DNA of 64,000 nucleotides, from positions 36,086,001 through 36,150,000 of the forward strand of contig NC_086108.1 in NCBI RefSeq assembly GCF_963921235.1. Reading direction: 5' to 3'. Positions 9,798 to 23,093 of this stretch are shown here, one piece after another. The stretch's first letter is position 1. Each line of letters starts with the position of its first letter. The notes beneath the pieces were generated by a model. It saw nothing but the letters and a program-made list of their open reading frames with translations, did no database searches and had not been told where the DNA came from. The translations under genes and the position numbers were made by a program. Origin of the DNA: Mobula hypostoma. Lineage: Eukaryota.

Positions 9798-12700
9798 TAG
9801 GTAGAAAGGTGAGAAGCAGGACGTCCAGGGTAATAATTTCTGGATTGCTGCCTGTGCCACATGCCAGTGAAAGTAGAAGCAGGATGATTTGGCACATTAA
9901 TGCGTGGCTGAGAAGCTGTTGCAGGGGGAAGAGCTTCAGGTTCTTGGATCATTGGGATCTCTTCTGGGGGAGGTCTGACCTGTACAAAAGTGACAGGTCA
10001 CACCTGAACCATAGGGGAACCAATATTCTCGTGGGAAGGTTTGTTTGAGCTTTTGGGAAGGGTTTAAACTATCTTGGCAGGGGAGTGGGAACCGGAGTGA
10101 AGGGACTCAGGATAGGATGGATGGTAAAAAAGCAAAGGTAGCATGCAGTCAGACTGTCAGGAAGGGCAGGCAGATGACAGGACAAAATTACAGCCAGTAG
10201 GGTGAGTATCAATGCACTAGGGATGCAGAATCAAAAAGGGTAGCAAATACAGTTACTCAGTGTGTTGTATCTCAATGCACAGAGTATAAGGAATAAGGTG
10301 GATGATCTTGTTGCACTATTACAAATTGTCAGGTATGATGTTGTGGCCATCACTGGATTGTGGCTGAAGGATAGTTGTAGTTGGGAGCTGAATGTCCAAG
10401 GTTACATGTTGTATCGGAGGGATAGGAAGGTAGGCTTGGGTCTACTGATAAAGAATGGCATCAAATCATTAGAAAGATGTGACATAGGATCAGAAGATGT
10501 TGAATTCTTGTGGGCTGAGTTAAGAAACAGCAAGGGTAAAAGGACCCTGATGGCAGTTATATACAGGCTTCCCAACAGTAGCTGGGATATAGACCACATA
10601 TTACAATGAGAAATAGAAAAGGCGTATAAAAAGGGCAATGTTTGATAGTCATGAGAGATCTCAACATGCAGATCAATTGGGAAAATCAGGTTAGTAATGG
10701 ATCTCAAGAGAGTGAGTTTGTTGAATGCCTATGAGGTGGCATTTTAGAGCAGTTTATCATTGAGTCTACGAGGGGATCAGCTTACTGGATTGGGTGTTAA
10801 ATAATGAACCGGAGGCGATTAGGGAGCTTAAGATAAAAGAACACTTAGGAGGCAGTGATCACAATATGATTGAGTTCAACTTGGAATTTGATAGGAAGAA
10901 AGTAAAGTCTGACATAGCAGTCTTTCAGTGGAGTAAAGGAAATTACAGTGGTATGAGAGAGAAGTTGGCCAAATTAAATTGCAAGGAGCTGCTGGCAAGG
11001 ATGACAGCAGACTAGCAATGGTGTGAGTTTCTGGGAAAAATGAGGAAGCTGCAGGATAGATGTATTCCAAAAATAAAGAAATACTCAAATGGCAAAATAG
11101 TACAATCGTGGCTGACATGGGAAGTCAAAGCTAATGTAAAAGCAAAAGAGAGGGCATACAACAACACAAAAATTAGAGGTAAGTCAGAGGATTGGGAAGC
11201 TTTTAAAAACCTACAGAGAGCAACTAAAATAATCATGAGGGAAAAAATCATTATGAGGAAAAAAGCTAGCAAACAATATCAAAGTGGATAGCAAAAGCTT
11301 TTGCAAGTATGTAAAAAATAAAAGGGAGATGAAAGTGGATATAGGACTGCCAGACTATGAGGCCAGAGAAATAATAATGGGGGCCAAGGAGATAGTAAAT
11401 GAACTAAATGAGTATTTTGCATCAGTCTTCACTGTGGAAGTCTCTATCGGTGTGCCAGATATTGAAGGGTGTGAGGGAAGAGAAGCGAGTACAGTTACTA
11501 TTGCAAGGGGGATGGTGCTCAAAAAGCTGCAAGACATAAGGATACATAAGCACCAGGACCAGATGACTAGGGTTCTGAAAGAGGTAGCATTAGAGATTGT
11601 GGTGGCATTAGAAGTTATCTTTCAAAAATTATTAGACTCTGGCATGGTGCCAGAGGACCGGAAAATTGCATATGTTACTCCACTCTTTAAGAAAGGAGGA
11701 AGGCAGCAGAAAGGAAATTATAGACTAGTTAGCCTGACCTCAGTGGTTGGGAAGATGTTAGAGTCAATTGTTAAGGATGAGGTGATGGAATACTTGGTGA
11801 CACAGGACAAGATAGTACAAAGTCAGTAAGGTTTCCTTCAGGGAAAATCCTGTCTGATGAACCTGTTGGAATTCGTTGAGCAGATTACAAGTAGGATAGA
11901 TAAAGGGGATGCAGTGGATATTGTATATTTGGACTTTCAGAAGGCCTTTGACAAGGTGTCACACATGAAGCTGCTTACCAAGTTAAGAGCCCATGGTATT
12001 ACAGGAAAGGTACTACATGGTTAGAGCATTGGCTGATTGGTAGGAGGCAGTGAGTGCGAATAAAAGGATCCTTTTCTGTTTGGCTGCCAATAACTAACGG
12101 TGTTCTGCAGGGGTCGAAGCTGGGGCCACTTCTTTTTATGCTGTATATCAATGATTTAGATGATGGAATAGATGGCGTTGTTGCCAAGTTTGCAGATGAT
12201 ACAAAGATTGGTGGAGGGACAGGTAGTGTTGAGGAAATAGCTAGGCTGCAAAAGGACTTAGAAACATAGAAAAGCTACAGCACAATACAGGCCCTTCGGC
12301 CCACAAAGCTGTGCCGAACATGTTTTTACCTGAGAAATTACCTAGGTTACCCATACCCTCTATTTTTCTGAGTTCCATATACCTGTCCAGGAGTCTTTTA
12401 AAAGATCCTATCGTATCCGCCTCCACCATCGTCGCCAGCAGCCCATTCCACGCACTCACTACTGCATAAAAAACTTACCCCTGACATCTCCTCTGTACCT
12501 ACTTCCAAGCACCTTAAAACTGTGCCCTCTCGTGCTAGACATTTCAACCTTGGGAAAAAGCCTCTGACTATCCACACGATCAATGCCTCTCATCATCTTA
12601 TACACCTCTATCAGGTCACCTCCCATCCCCTGTCACTCCTAGGAGAAAAGGCCAAGTTCACTCAACCTATTCTCATAAGGCATGCTCCCCAATCCAGGCA

Positions 12701-13685
12701 ACATCTTTGTAAATCTGCTTTGCACCCTTTCTATAGTTTCCACATCCTTCCTCTCCACGATCAATGCCTCTCATCATCTTATACACCTCTACCAGGTAAA
12801 TGACTACCAGGTAAATCAGGTAAATTAGACAGATTAGGAGAATGGGCAAGAAAGTGGCAAATGAAATACAATGTTAGAAAATGCATGCTCATGCACTTTG
12901 GTAGAAGAAATAAATGTGCAGACTATTTTCTAAATGGGGGGCAAATCCAAAAAACTGAGATGCAAAGGGACTTGGGAGTCCTTGTGCAGAACACCCTCAA
13001 GGTTAACTTGCAGGTAGAGTCAGTGGTGAGGAAGGCAAATGCAATGTTAGCATTCAATTCAAGAGGTCCAGAATACAAGAGCAGGGATATGATGCTGAGG
13101 CTTTATAAGGAATGGTGATGCCTCACCTTGAGTATTGGGAACTGTTCTGGGCTCCTCATCTAAGAAAAATTGTGCTGGCATTGGATTGGGTTCAGGGGAG
13201 GTTCACAGGGATGATCCTGGGAATGAGAAGGTTATCATATAATGAATGTTTGACAGCTCTGGGTCTGTACTAGCTAGAATTTAGAAGGATGGGAGCGGAT
13301 CTCATTGAAACCTTTTGAATGTTGAAAAGCCTAGACAGAGTAGATATGGAAAGGTTGTTTCCCATGGTGGGGGAGTCTAGGACAGGAGGACACAGCCTCA
13401 GGAAAGGGGGCATCCATTTAAAACAAAGATGCGGAAAAATTTCTTTAGCCAGAGGGTGGTGAATTTATGGAATTATTACTACATGCAGTTGTGGAGGCCA
13501 GATCATTGGGTGTATTTAAGGCAGAGATTGATAGGTTCTGGATTGGACATGACATCAAAGATTATGGGGAGAAGGCTGAGGAGGGAAAAAAGGAGCAGCC
13601 ATGTTTAAATGGCAGTACAGACTCAATGGGCCAAATGTCCTAATTCTACTCCTATGTCTTAAGGTCTCATGGTCTAACATGGTTC
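9798..13685 (+). mobile_element. CR1-clade LINE (ORF1 esterase end, ORF2 endonuclease and RT), decayed
   Basis: SGNH-esterase-like ORF1 end (IISGLLPVP...HLNHRGT); APE YLNAQSIRNK and LGGSDHN; RT GNYRLVSLTS, QGSKLGPLLF, KFADDTK; short repeat tail near 13655-13685. Confidence 0.92.
12263..12824 (-). mobile_element. CR1 3'-end fragment inserted antisense into the CR1 RT
   Basis: Host reads ...GGACTTAGA|CAGATTAGG; TTAGA is duplicated at 12258-12262 and 12825-12829; the insert matches the CR1 tails at 45000-45410 and 56000-56670. Confidence 0.85.
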
Positions 13686-14169
13686 ATGTTATTATCTGCC
13701 TTCAAGTTCAAGCTATAATTTTCTTAAACACATGCAAGTTACAAAAGGTAGTACAATCCTGGATCCATGCACAGCAGAATGAAAACACACTCCAAGTCAG
13801 TTAGCAGGGCATGATGGGCCGATCCTTCTCCAGGTTTGTTCATTTCTACTGCTGTGGCACAGAACTGGGGATGGACCACCCCGACAACATTGAGAGCACC
13901 TTGCACCTGTCGACCAGGTCCTTTTCCAACCCTCACACACCATCTGTGAATCAAGAGATGTTATTGGTTTAAACCTTCATCTACTTGATCTTCTCTTGCC
14001 TTACTAAAACCCAGCCTTTGACTCTTTACTAGTTTAGCAGCTCAAATTGTATCCAAATAGTGTGAAGGAATATTGAGGGGATCTTGGAATCAAAGAAATG
14101 TTATTAGAGAACAGGAAATAGGACCCAAAGTAGGTCACATGTCCCCGAAGCCTACTTTAACACTATAAA

Positions 14170-14290
14170 AGTGGCATGATGGTGCAGCCTGTTTACTGCT
14201 TACAGTTTCAGGGACTGATGTTCAATTTTGACCTCAGGTGCTGTCTGTGTGGAGTTTGCATGATCTGTCTTTGGAATTTGCTGGGTACAT
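14170..14290 (+). mobile_element. V-SINE fragment
   Basis: Degenerate tRNA-like head followed by GGTGCTGTCTGTGTGGAGTTTGCA. Confidence 0.55.
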
Positions 14291-14529
14291 AGTGAATCAG
14301 CGTACTCAGCAGTAAGATGAATAGATTTTAGAAAAGAATCAAAAAATACTGTATATGGACAGAAAAGTGTAAATGAGAAAAAATTCATACATAATCTTGT
14401 TGAATGAAAAAGCAGGCATGAAAAGACTATTCAGTCTATTCCTGCTTTGCTTATATTTTGATAGCTTTTGTCATTATTGCATATGTTTGCATGCTCTCAC
14501 TTAACATTGTGGAGTGATGCATATATAAG

Positions 14530-16190
14530 GATGCTCTTTATGGACTACAGCTAGGCGTTCAATACCATTACCCCTCAAAACTAATCAATAAGTTCCAAGG
14601 TCTTGGCCTCAACACCTCCTTGTACAAGTAATTTTCTCACTTGTAGACCTCAGTCAGTCTGGATTGGCAACATCTCCTCCACGATCTCCATCAGTACAGG
14701 TGCACCACAAGGCTAACACGAGGAAATCTGCAGATGCTGGAAATTCGAGCAACACACACAAAATGCTGGTGAACGCAGCAGGCCAGGCAGCATCTATAGG
14801 AAGAAGTACAGCCAATGTTTCGGGCCGAGACCCTTCGTCAGGACTAACTGAAAGAAGAGATAGTAAGAGATTTGAAAGTGGGAGGGGGAGGGGGAGATCC
14901 GCAATGATAGGAGAAGACAGGAGGGGAGAAGGATGAAACTAAGAGCTGAAAAGTTGATTGGCAAAACGATACAAGGCTGGAGAAGGGAGGGGATCATGGG
15001 ATGAGAGGCCCAGGGAGAAAGGGGGAGGGGATCACCAGAGGAAGATGGAGAGCAGGCAAGGATTTATTGTGAGAGGGACAGACAGAGAAAAAAGAGAAGA
15101 AAAAAAGGGAAAAAATAATAACTGAATAAATTAACAAATAAATAAGGGATGGGGTAAGAAGGTGAGGAGGGGCATTAATGGAAGTTAGAGAAATCAATGT
15201 TCATGCCATCAGGTTGGAGGCTACCCAGACGGAATATAAGGTGGTGTTCCTTCAACCTGAGTGTGGCTTCATCTTGACAGTAGAGGAGGCCATGGATTGA
15301 CATATCAGAATGGGAATGGGACGTGGAATTACAATGTGTGGCCACTGGGAGATCCTGCTTTCTCTGACAGACAGAGCTTAGGTGTTCAGCGAAATGGTCT
15401 CCCAGTCTGCATCGGGTCTCAGCAATATATAGAAGGCCGCACCGGGAGCACCGGATGCAGTATATCACACCAAGGCTGTATGCTTAGCTCCTTGCTTTAC
15501 TCACTTCACACTTATGACAGTGTGGCTAAGCACAGCTCCAATGCTATATTCAAGTTTGCTGATGACACCACTGTTGTGGGCCAAATCAAAGGTGGTAATG
15601 AATCAGCATATAGGAGGGAGATGGAAAATCTGGCTGAATAATGTCATAACAACAACCTCTTACTCAATGTCAGTAAGGCCAAAGAACTGAATTTAGATTT
15701 CAGGAGAGGGAAACCAGAGGTCCATGAGCCAACCCTCATTGGAGGATCAGAGGTGAACTTAAAATTTCTCGGTGTTACTATATCAGAGAACCTGTCCTGG
15801 GCCCAGAACATAAGTGCAATTATGAAGGAAATACGGCAGCGCTTCTACTTCCTTAGGAGTTTTTGAAGATTCGGCATTGCATCTAAAATTTTGACAAACT
15901 ACTATAGCCGTATAGTGGAGATTATATTGACTGGCTGCATCACAGCCTGGTATGGAAGCACCAATGCCCTTGAATGGAAAATCGTCAGCCTCAGGATTTA
16001 CACCACCGGGTTCAAGAATAGTTACTACCCCTCTTGAATAAAGGGGATAACTACACTCATATAGATTTCACGACATATGCCGGTGATAAAAAACCTGATT
16101 CTGATTCTGAGATGTTTCCCACAACCAATGATCTCACTTTAAGGACTCTTTATCTCATTATCCTATGTTCTCATTTTTTATCCCTCTTTA
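14530..16190 (+). mobile_element. Rex1/Babar-type LINE RT/3' part, interrupted by a Penelope-like insertion
   Basis: TGAPQG split at 14714/15471; continues QGCMLSSLLYSL and FKFADDTTVVG. Confidence 0.8.
14715..15470 (-). mobile_element. Penelope-like element 3' part (GIY-YIG endonuclease plus pseudo-LTR)
   Basis: ORF 15175-15468 IYCIRCSRCGLLYIAET...RLGDHFAEH...E..LIFRLGSLQPDGMN is the PLE GIY-YIG domain; TSD CAAGGCT (14708-14714, 15471-15477); degenerate hammerhead motif at about 14810-14845. Confidence 0.88.
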
Positions 16191-16192
16191 GT

Positions 16193-16480
16193 TCATCATC
16201 ATCAGGTGCCATGCCAATTTGAGCTTTGACTGCCATGGCCGACACACTCCTGTTTCGGGTCAAGTGGATCAATTCATTGGTATTCATTTCCAGTTCTCTG
16301 GCTACTGTCTCCATCATCATTTGTCTTTGCCTTCCTTTTGCTTTCTTCCCTTCAATATTTCCCATAATTACTGTGCATTCTAACTCCTCTTTTCTAATCA
16401 CATGGCCAATGAAGTTATGTTGCCTTTTCATGGTCTCATACATTATTCTCCTATCTACGATGTGTCTTTTCTCTCCATTT
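16193..16480 (-). mobile_element. RTE-like LINE 3' end
   Basis: KRQHNFIGHVIRKEELE...GNIEGKKAKGRQR C-terminus and a (GAT)n tail. Confidence 0.7.
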
Positions 16481-16484
16481 CAAA

Positions 16485-19400
16485 ATGTCGAATGGGTCAT
16501 TGTCAGGAGGCCTAACGGGATGTTGGTGTGCATCATGGTGGATGAAAACAAACAAGGCAGAATGTAGGTCAACAAGAACCCAAGAGTGCTGTATGCCATG
16601 ATGGGAGGTAGGAATAGGTGAAAAGGAATCGAATTTACTGAGGAGGGTGGAATGCTATTGAGGGGCTGACCAAGCGGTTGTGGCATCAGGAATGAAATCA
16701 CCTGGCACTCAGAACGGCTGCCTGCATACCAATTCAGCTGCAGATGACTCCAGGTCCTCTCTTGGAGCAGTTCCGAGCCCCAGCAGGACCCATGGAAGAT
16801 GGTCATGCCAACACTTACTGGTCGGGGAAGCCGCTCACATAGGCCATTGGACTGTCGTTGATGCTCCATGGTGTGGTGTAGTCAAATGCCCAGGTTCTTG
16901 GCCATTGCAGCCCAGAGGTCTGAAATGAGTTGGGGATTGTGGTCAGATGGGGTGCCAAACAAAGCATGCCACGTGCTGATGAATGCCCGAACCATGTCTG
17001 CGGCTTCCGTCGATGCTACAGGGACAACCTCTGGCCATCTGGTGGTACAGTCCAGCATAGTAAAAAGGTGCGTGAAATTGCGGGAGGGAGGGAAAAGGGC
17101 CACCAAGGCCCACAGTGACATGGTCAAACCGTTGCTCAGACACCTTGAAAGGTGTCAGTGGTGTCTGAATATGAGATAATTTTTGCCCGCTGGCACTCCA
17201 CACAAGCTGCAGTTCAATCATGCACATCCATTCTGAAGCAGAGCCAAACAAACTTCAGTGCACCCAGTTTCTGGCCTGGATGTGAGAAGCCATGTATGGA
17301 GTTGAAAACAGTCTGTCTCCAGTTTGTGGGCACGATGGGGTGAGGACAACCAGTTGAGGCATTGCACAGGAGAGAAGCCCCAGCCCCCCTCAAACTTAAT
17401 GTCAGCCAACCGCAGGCCTGTGACTGCTGTTCTGTTAGTCTGGACCTCTGGGTCAGTAACTTGGTTGGCTGACTTGCCAGCATAGTCAACTCCTATGTGT
17501 ATGGCCCCAGCGGTTGGCCATTAGAGGCAATCGACCACAGCATTATTTTTCCCCTTGATATATTGTATTTCAATTGTGAACTTGGATATGTAGACCAGAT
17601 GGCGTTGCTGCCGTGCAGACTGAGAGTCTGATATTTTGGCCATCGCATACATGAGGGGTTTGTGGTCAATGAACACTGTGAAATGGTGGCCCTCTAGAAG
17701 TAAATGAAAATGGCTGACAGCCAGATAGAGATCGAGAAGATTACGGTCAAACATGCTGTGCTTCCTTTCAGGGGGATGAAGCTGCCAGCTGAAAAAAAGT
17801 GAGCGACTACCACACACCTCTGACCAACTGTTTGCGCACAGCACCCACAGCATAGTCTGAAGTGCAGTAGTAATGGCTATGGGTGCATTGGGGAGCGGGT
17901 GCACTAGTAGGGGTGCATTAGAAATAGCTCATTTGGTATCATCAAATGCCCTGGTATGTCCACTGACCAGTCAAGGACTTGATTGCCTTTAACGACACTA
18001 TACAAGGGGTGCATAAGTTCAGCAGCTCAAGGAATGAAACAGTGAATGAAATTTATCATACCTAAAAACTCCTGTAGTTTTTTTGTAGTGTGGGACAGTG
18101 GAAATCTGTAATAGCGGCTACTTTTGATGGGAGAGATTTCGCATCTTCTGTAGAAATGCGATGGCCGACAAAGTCAATGGTTGACACCTGAAATGGCATT
18201 TAGCAGGGTTAATAATCAATCCATATTGGCTTAAGTGCTGAAAAGGTATGTGGAGATAAGATACCTGTTTGGATTTGGAAACATTGGCGACAAGTATGTC
18301 ATTCAGTTAAACTAAAAGAAAATCTAAGTCTTTTAATACAGAGTCTATCAGCTGTTGGAAAGTTTGTGCTGCATTTTTCAGTCCAAATGAGATACACAGA
18401 AACTCAAAAAGGCCAAACAGGGTATTCACAGCTATTTTGGGGATGTCCTCCGTGCACACAGGCACCTAATGGTAGCCCCTAACCAGATCGACTTCGGAAA
18501 AAATTAACTTTCAGACTAAACACACCAAAAACTCTTGAATGTGTGGGGCCAGGTAACAATTAGGGGTGACGGCCTTGTTAAGGCGTTGGTAATCGCTACA
18601 TGGGCGGCAACAACCATCGGGACTTAGGGACCACGTGGAACAGTAAAACTCAGTGACTATTCGACCGGCATACAATTCTGAGTCTTTCTGTGTTGGCAAA
18701 CTCAGCCTTTGTGGTTGCCAGCTTTTCTTGCAGGTCTTATGGTCTGGCAGGCCAGTTGTGGGAATGTGGTGCTCAACCCCACATTTGTTTTGTGACTGCA
18801 GTAGAGAATGTGGGCTTGGTGAGGTCTGGGAATTCGCCCAGCAGTTGAGTAAACTCACATGTGGTGGTGCGTGCGCTTGACAGTCGTTGTGGGGAACTTA
18901 GTCGGGAGCAGGGTAACGACCCAAAGTCCTTAACATCCACAAGCCAGCAGTTCCTCAGATTGACTAACAGTACCTAGGCACGCGGGAAATCTGCACTGAG
19001 TTGAGGTCTAGCCACTTTAGCCAGGACGAAGATCCATGTGTAATGTCGCCCACTGAAGCAGAGTGCCACCTGTCGGGTCCTGTAGGTCTGTATCTGGCTG
19101 CCGTTGGTGGACTCCACTGAGGTTTCACCGCTCTTTGCCTTCTAATCAATAGGCGGTCCTGGTAGCACACTCACACTCACTTGATCACCCATTTCACACA
19201 GGAAGCGTCGCCCTGAAATTGTGTCTGTTATGAACAGTAGACGACCCTGGTAGCTGGAACCCATGGTGTTTACAAACCTGTGATGTCCAGACACGCTGGC
19301 ACTGTTAGAGCTGCAAAGTGGTTGGCACTTTCCAGTATTTGTACTAAAGCACGCACAGTAAAAGTACGGGTCCAGCGTCATCTGTTTTGCTGCTGTGGGC

Positions 19401-20187
19401 ATCCTTATGTTGGGGACCTTGCTAACCAGATAATTAAAGTAGAGAAAGGAGGAGAAATGATGCATTGCTGCCTAGCTGAGTGTAGACTATCAGGCATTTT
19501 AGCAAGTTCCCTATAGTCCTTCATGGGTGGATTAGCTAGGGCGATGCAAATTTAATCAGGCATTTGCTCCATTTCTTTAAAAATAAAACCAGGGTGGTGA
19601 TTTTCCAGGAGAAACAGCATGTGTCCATTAGCTCCGAAGGCTTACCATCAGCGATGCCAGGCGAGGAGAGCAACTGTTTGGCGTGCTCAGACTATGATAG
19701 TCCAAAATTCTGTAAAAAGTGAGTTTTCAGCGATTGGTATTTATTGTGTTCAAGCAGACTCACCACTCTCACAGCCATGGAGTTGCTGAGCGATACTGCC
19801 ACATAGTAGGATTTTGTGTTGTCAGTGAAGATTTCTCACAGAGCAATTTGAACTTCAGGTTGTACAAACCAAGCAATGGCATTTTGCTCCCAAAACTCCA
19901 GTAGATTCAAAGCAACTGCATTGGCTGACGTATTCAATAACTTTGGAATTGGCCTGGAGCATTGGGGTCACCAATGTTAATTTTTGCAAATAGAATGAAG
20001 TGAGGCATTTTATGTTTAATGGAACCCGTAACACATCTTTTTGAACTCCAAAACCTAAACACAAAAACGCACTAAAAATGCCTACATAACCATGTCATGA
20101 CATCAGACTGGCCTCTTAAAGTGAAATCCCAATTCAATGTCGGTGGTTGTGAATTATGTACATTTCTACTATTCATGTTACCCTACA
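16485..20187 (-). mobile_element. Old, degenerate Gypsy LTR retrotransposon (second family)
   Basis: PBS TGGTGACCCC (19964-19973) next to a putative LTR at about 19975-20187; gag start ALNLLEFWEQNAIAWF; RNase H VFIDHKPL and YIKGKNNAVVDCL; integrase TRWPEVVP; many frameshifts. Confidence 0.85.
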
Positions 20188-20278
20188 GGAGCATGGAAAT
20201 AATCTTCGAATAATGTAGATGTTTGCACTGTGCTATGCATTTATACAAGTAACATGGAACAACAATGAAACTTCACAA

Positions 20279-20284
20279 TTTATT
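20279..20284 (-). terminator. GLRX2: Candidate GLRX2 polyadenylation signal AATAAA
   Basis: AATAAA on the minus strand about 45 nt after the stop codon; usage unverified. Confidence 0.55.
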
Positions 20285-20326
20285 TCAAAAGCAACAGTCA
20301 ACATAAAAGTAGGCTGGCATTCAGTA

Positions 20327-20476
20327 TTAACGAGGGTGAAGTTTGTAATGACTTTCATCCAAAGTGAAAGGTGGAGAACACTTCTGCACTAAAGGCATAA
20401 GTTTTCCCTTTGAGTGGAGTAAGAATGTGTCCGTAGCACCACCAATGCATTTGCCGTTCACAAATACTCTTGGGAC
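20327..20476 (-). CDS. GLRX2: Glutaredoxin-2, last coding exon
   Basis: Acceptor ttttgcacAG, phase 0; VPRVFVNGKCIGGATDTFLLHSKGKLMPLVQKC...HPR-stop; TVP (spanning the junction) and GG glutaredoxin motifs. Confidence 0.95.
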   Translation of the reverse strand, partial: VPRVFVNGKCIGGATDTFLLHSKGKLMPLVQKCSPPFTLDESHYKLHPR

Positions 20477-22259
20477 CTGTGCAAAAGAATGCAGCTTTAG
20501 AATAATATTGGTAGATTTGAACTCACCAAATTTCATACTATGCTTTTACTCTTCTAGAAATGGATTTCTCAAATATATTGTTAACATTTAGTTTATACAC
20601 CAGGGAAAAAGTAAGTGGCAAAACTCTGGGTAATTTAGGAAATAATCAGATGGTACAACATGAAGTCTTTCAGAGGATATTAATATCAGGCACATAGTCA
20701 TCTCATCCATTATGATCTTGTGAACTGTAGGTAATTACTATATAAGGGATTTAGTTTGCTATAAAGATGCCTTGGGACAGTATTTTGTTGGATTTGTATG
20801 CATACAGTATGTCCATGTTGTGGTCCACAATATTACTAATTTATCACTAAAACTTGTGCTGTACTTTGTTACTGACGCATCACTAAAACACACACATTAT
20901 TACTAATACATGGAAGAGATTATGGCTCAGATTTTACTGGTAACTCTGATAGTTCTGAGTGGAATAGTAGGCATTAATATTGTTAAATGGAAACATTTCT
21001 AGGATTTCCTTGTGTATGATGACAACATGGAAGCGCCGGAAAAACTGAGACTGGGATTGCTGAACTGGCAATTTACTTTGCTGTTGAATTCCACTCTGAG
21101 ACCTTGAGCACAGCCTGGACTCCCCAGCACTTAAACTTCTCTCTGTGATAGGATCAGAGAAGCCTTTGACATTGAAGGCTATTGATGCAAGGCAAAGAGG
21201 AAAGTAAGGTTTTCTTTGAAAATTATTTTGGTTCAGTTGAATTTTAAGGTCATTTAACTGTTTATAATTAAAATTTATTTCATTTTGAATAATCAGATAT
21301 TTAAAATACAAACATCTTGTGGTTATTTTCCAGCAGAAAATAGGGAGAGGCTTTACTTGCTATCAACAGCTTTCAGGGTATTTAACGGATTAGGCTTCCT
21401 CAGAAATGCAATGGTTTTGCTACTGCTTGGACCAATGAGCTGGAGTATGGATACTTTGGGTCAGCAAGGCCGGTCCCCTTCCATTGAAATCAAGTAAATG
21501 TGGGTACAGGAGAAATGGGAGTGGTGACCTAGGGTGGCAGGCTCATGCTAATGAGTTTAGGATCATAACTTAACTCATGACACCAACAGCAATGAGCTTT
21601 TAGACAAGGCTATTGCAGAAATTAAAGTTGTGCCCCAAGATGTTTTAATGTGGGAAAAGTGTTCCCTTTGTTGCCTGAAGACAAACTTGTTCACAATCCC
21701 AAAAACATTCGCTGCCTGAAACTACCGCAGTAGAAGCAGTTCAAGACAGAGCATACCATTGGCTCATATTTACTGATTAATCCTACTGTAGAAAGGAAGG
21801 AGGAATTAGAGAAATTAGAATATTGCACTATAGAAATAAGATTTTGACTAAGCAATTCTGAATTTTAACTCATTATCTTCCATTTTAATTGTATGATATT
21901 GTCAAAAGAATTATATAAGAAACAATATTTTGAGTTTTCAAAGCTATACTTATAACAGACTTAAAGAATAAAATGAAAACTTTAAAAAGTTCAATTTGGT
22001 TGAACGTATCAAGTTGCAATTTACTAATTTTGAAAACAGCGAGAATGCTGATGAAGAAAAAATTCATATTGTAAGTTTTTATTTTTCAACATACTTTATC
22101 ACTTGCAATCAGAATGGATCTCCTTAGGGTTTTGACCACTGATTCTATTTTTGTTCTCTAATCAATCTCTCTTTCAAGAAACATTGACCTCCTTGGGCTA
22201 CAGCTCTAATTTGCTTATCTTAATCCAGAATTGTAATTGTCCTTTGCTGCCTTAGAAGT

Positions 22260-22870
22260 TTGTGAAAATTCAGCATGACATCTCAAACTTCAACAAATGT
22301 GTGGTGGAGAGCATATTGACTTGTTGCATCACAGTCTGGTATGGAAACACCAACGCCCTTAAACGAAAAATCCTACAAAAATTATTGGATATGGCCTAGT
22401 CTATCATGGGTAAAGACCTCCCAACCATTAAGCACATCTACAGGGAACATTGTCGCAGGAAAGCAACATCCGTCATCAGGAAACCCACCACCCAGTTCAT
22501 GCTCTCTTCTCACTGCTGCCATCAGGAAGAAGGTACAGGATCCACATCACCAAGTACAGGAACAAGTATTACCCCTCAACCATCAGACTCTTGAACCAGT
22601 GGGGTGAACTTCACTCAACCTATCAATGAACTGTTTCCACAACTTATGGATTCATCTTCAAGGACTCTTCATCTCAGGTTCTCTATTTATTATTATTTTT
22701 TAATTTTTTTTGTATTTGCACAGTTTGTTATCTTTTGCATTTGGTTGCTTGTCTGTCCTGTTGGGTGTGGTCTCTCATTGTTTCTATTATGTTTCTTCCA
22801 TTTACTGAGTATGCCCACAAGAAAACGAATCTCAGGGTGACATATATGTACTTTAACAATAATTTAGCTT
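22260..22870 (+). mobile_element. Rex1/Babar-type LINE 3' fragment in a GLRX2 intron
   Basis: Homologous to the other Rex 3' ends in the window (GAGAGCATATTGAC..TGCATCACAGTCTGGTATGG). Confidence 0.65.
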
Positions 22871-23093
22871 TGAACTTTGTTGATGCATTGCCAATGCCAC
22901 TTTCATTTTCACATGTTTTTTAATCTTCTGTTTAAGTCTATTGTAAGTGGATGTTTTGACATAATTCCTAAGGTCTCAGAGAAAGTAAATCCAATTAAAT
23001 TCTACTTATCTTGGTCTCATATCATACTATTTCCTGAACAACTGCACATTATGACCAGAATATATATTAAAATTACAAATATTGATGACTTAC

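Noticed and set aside
20934..21311. 125-aa ORF / possible alternative exon in the last GLRX2 intron
   Set aside because: No recognisable homology and no convincing in-phase splice pair.
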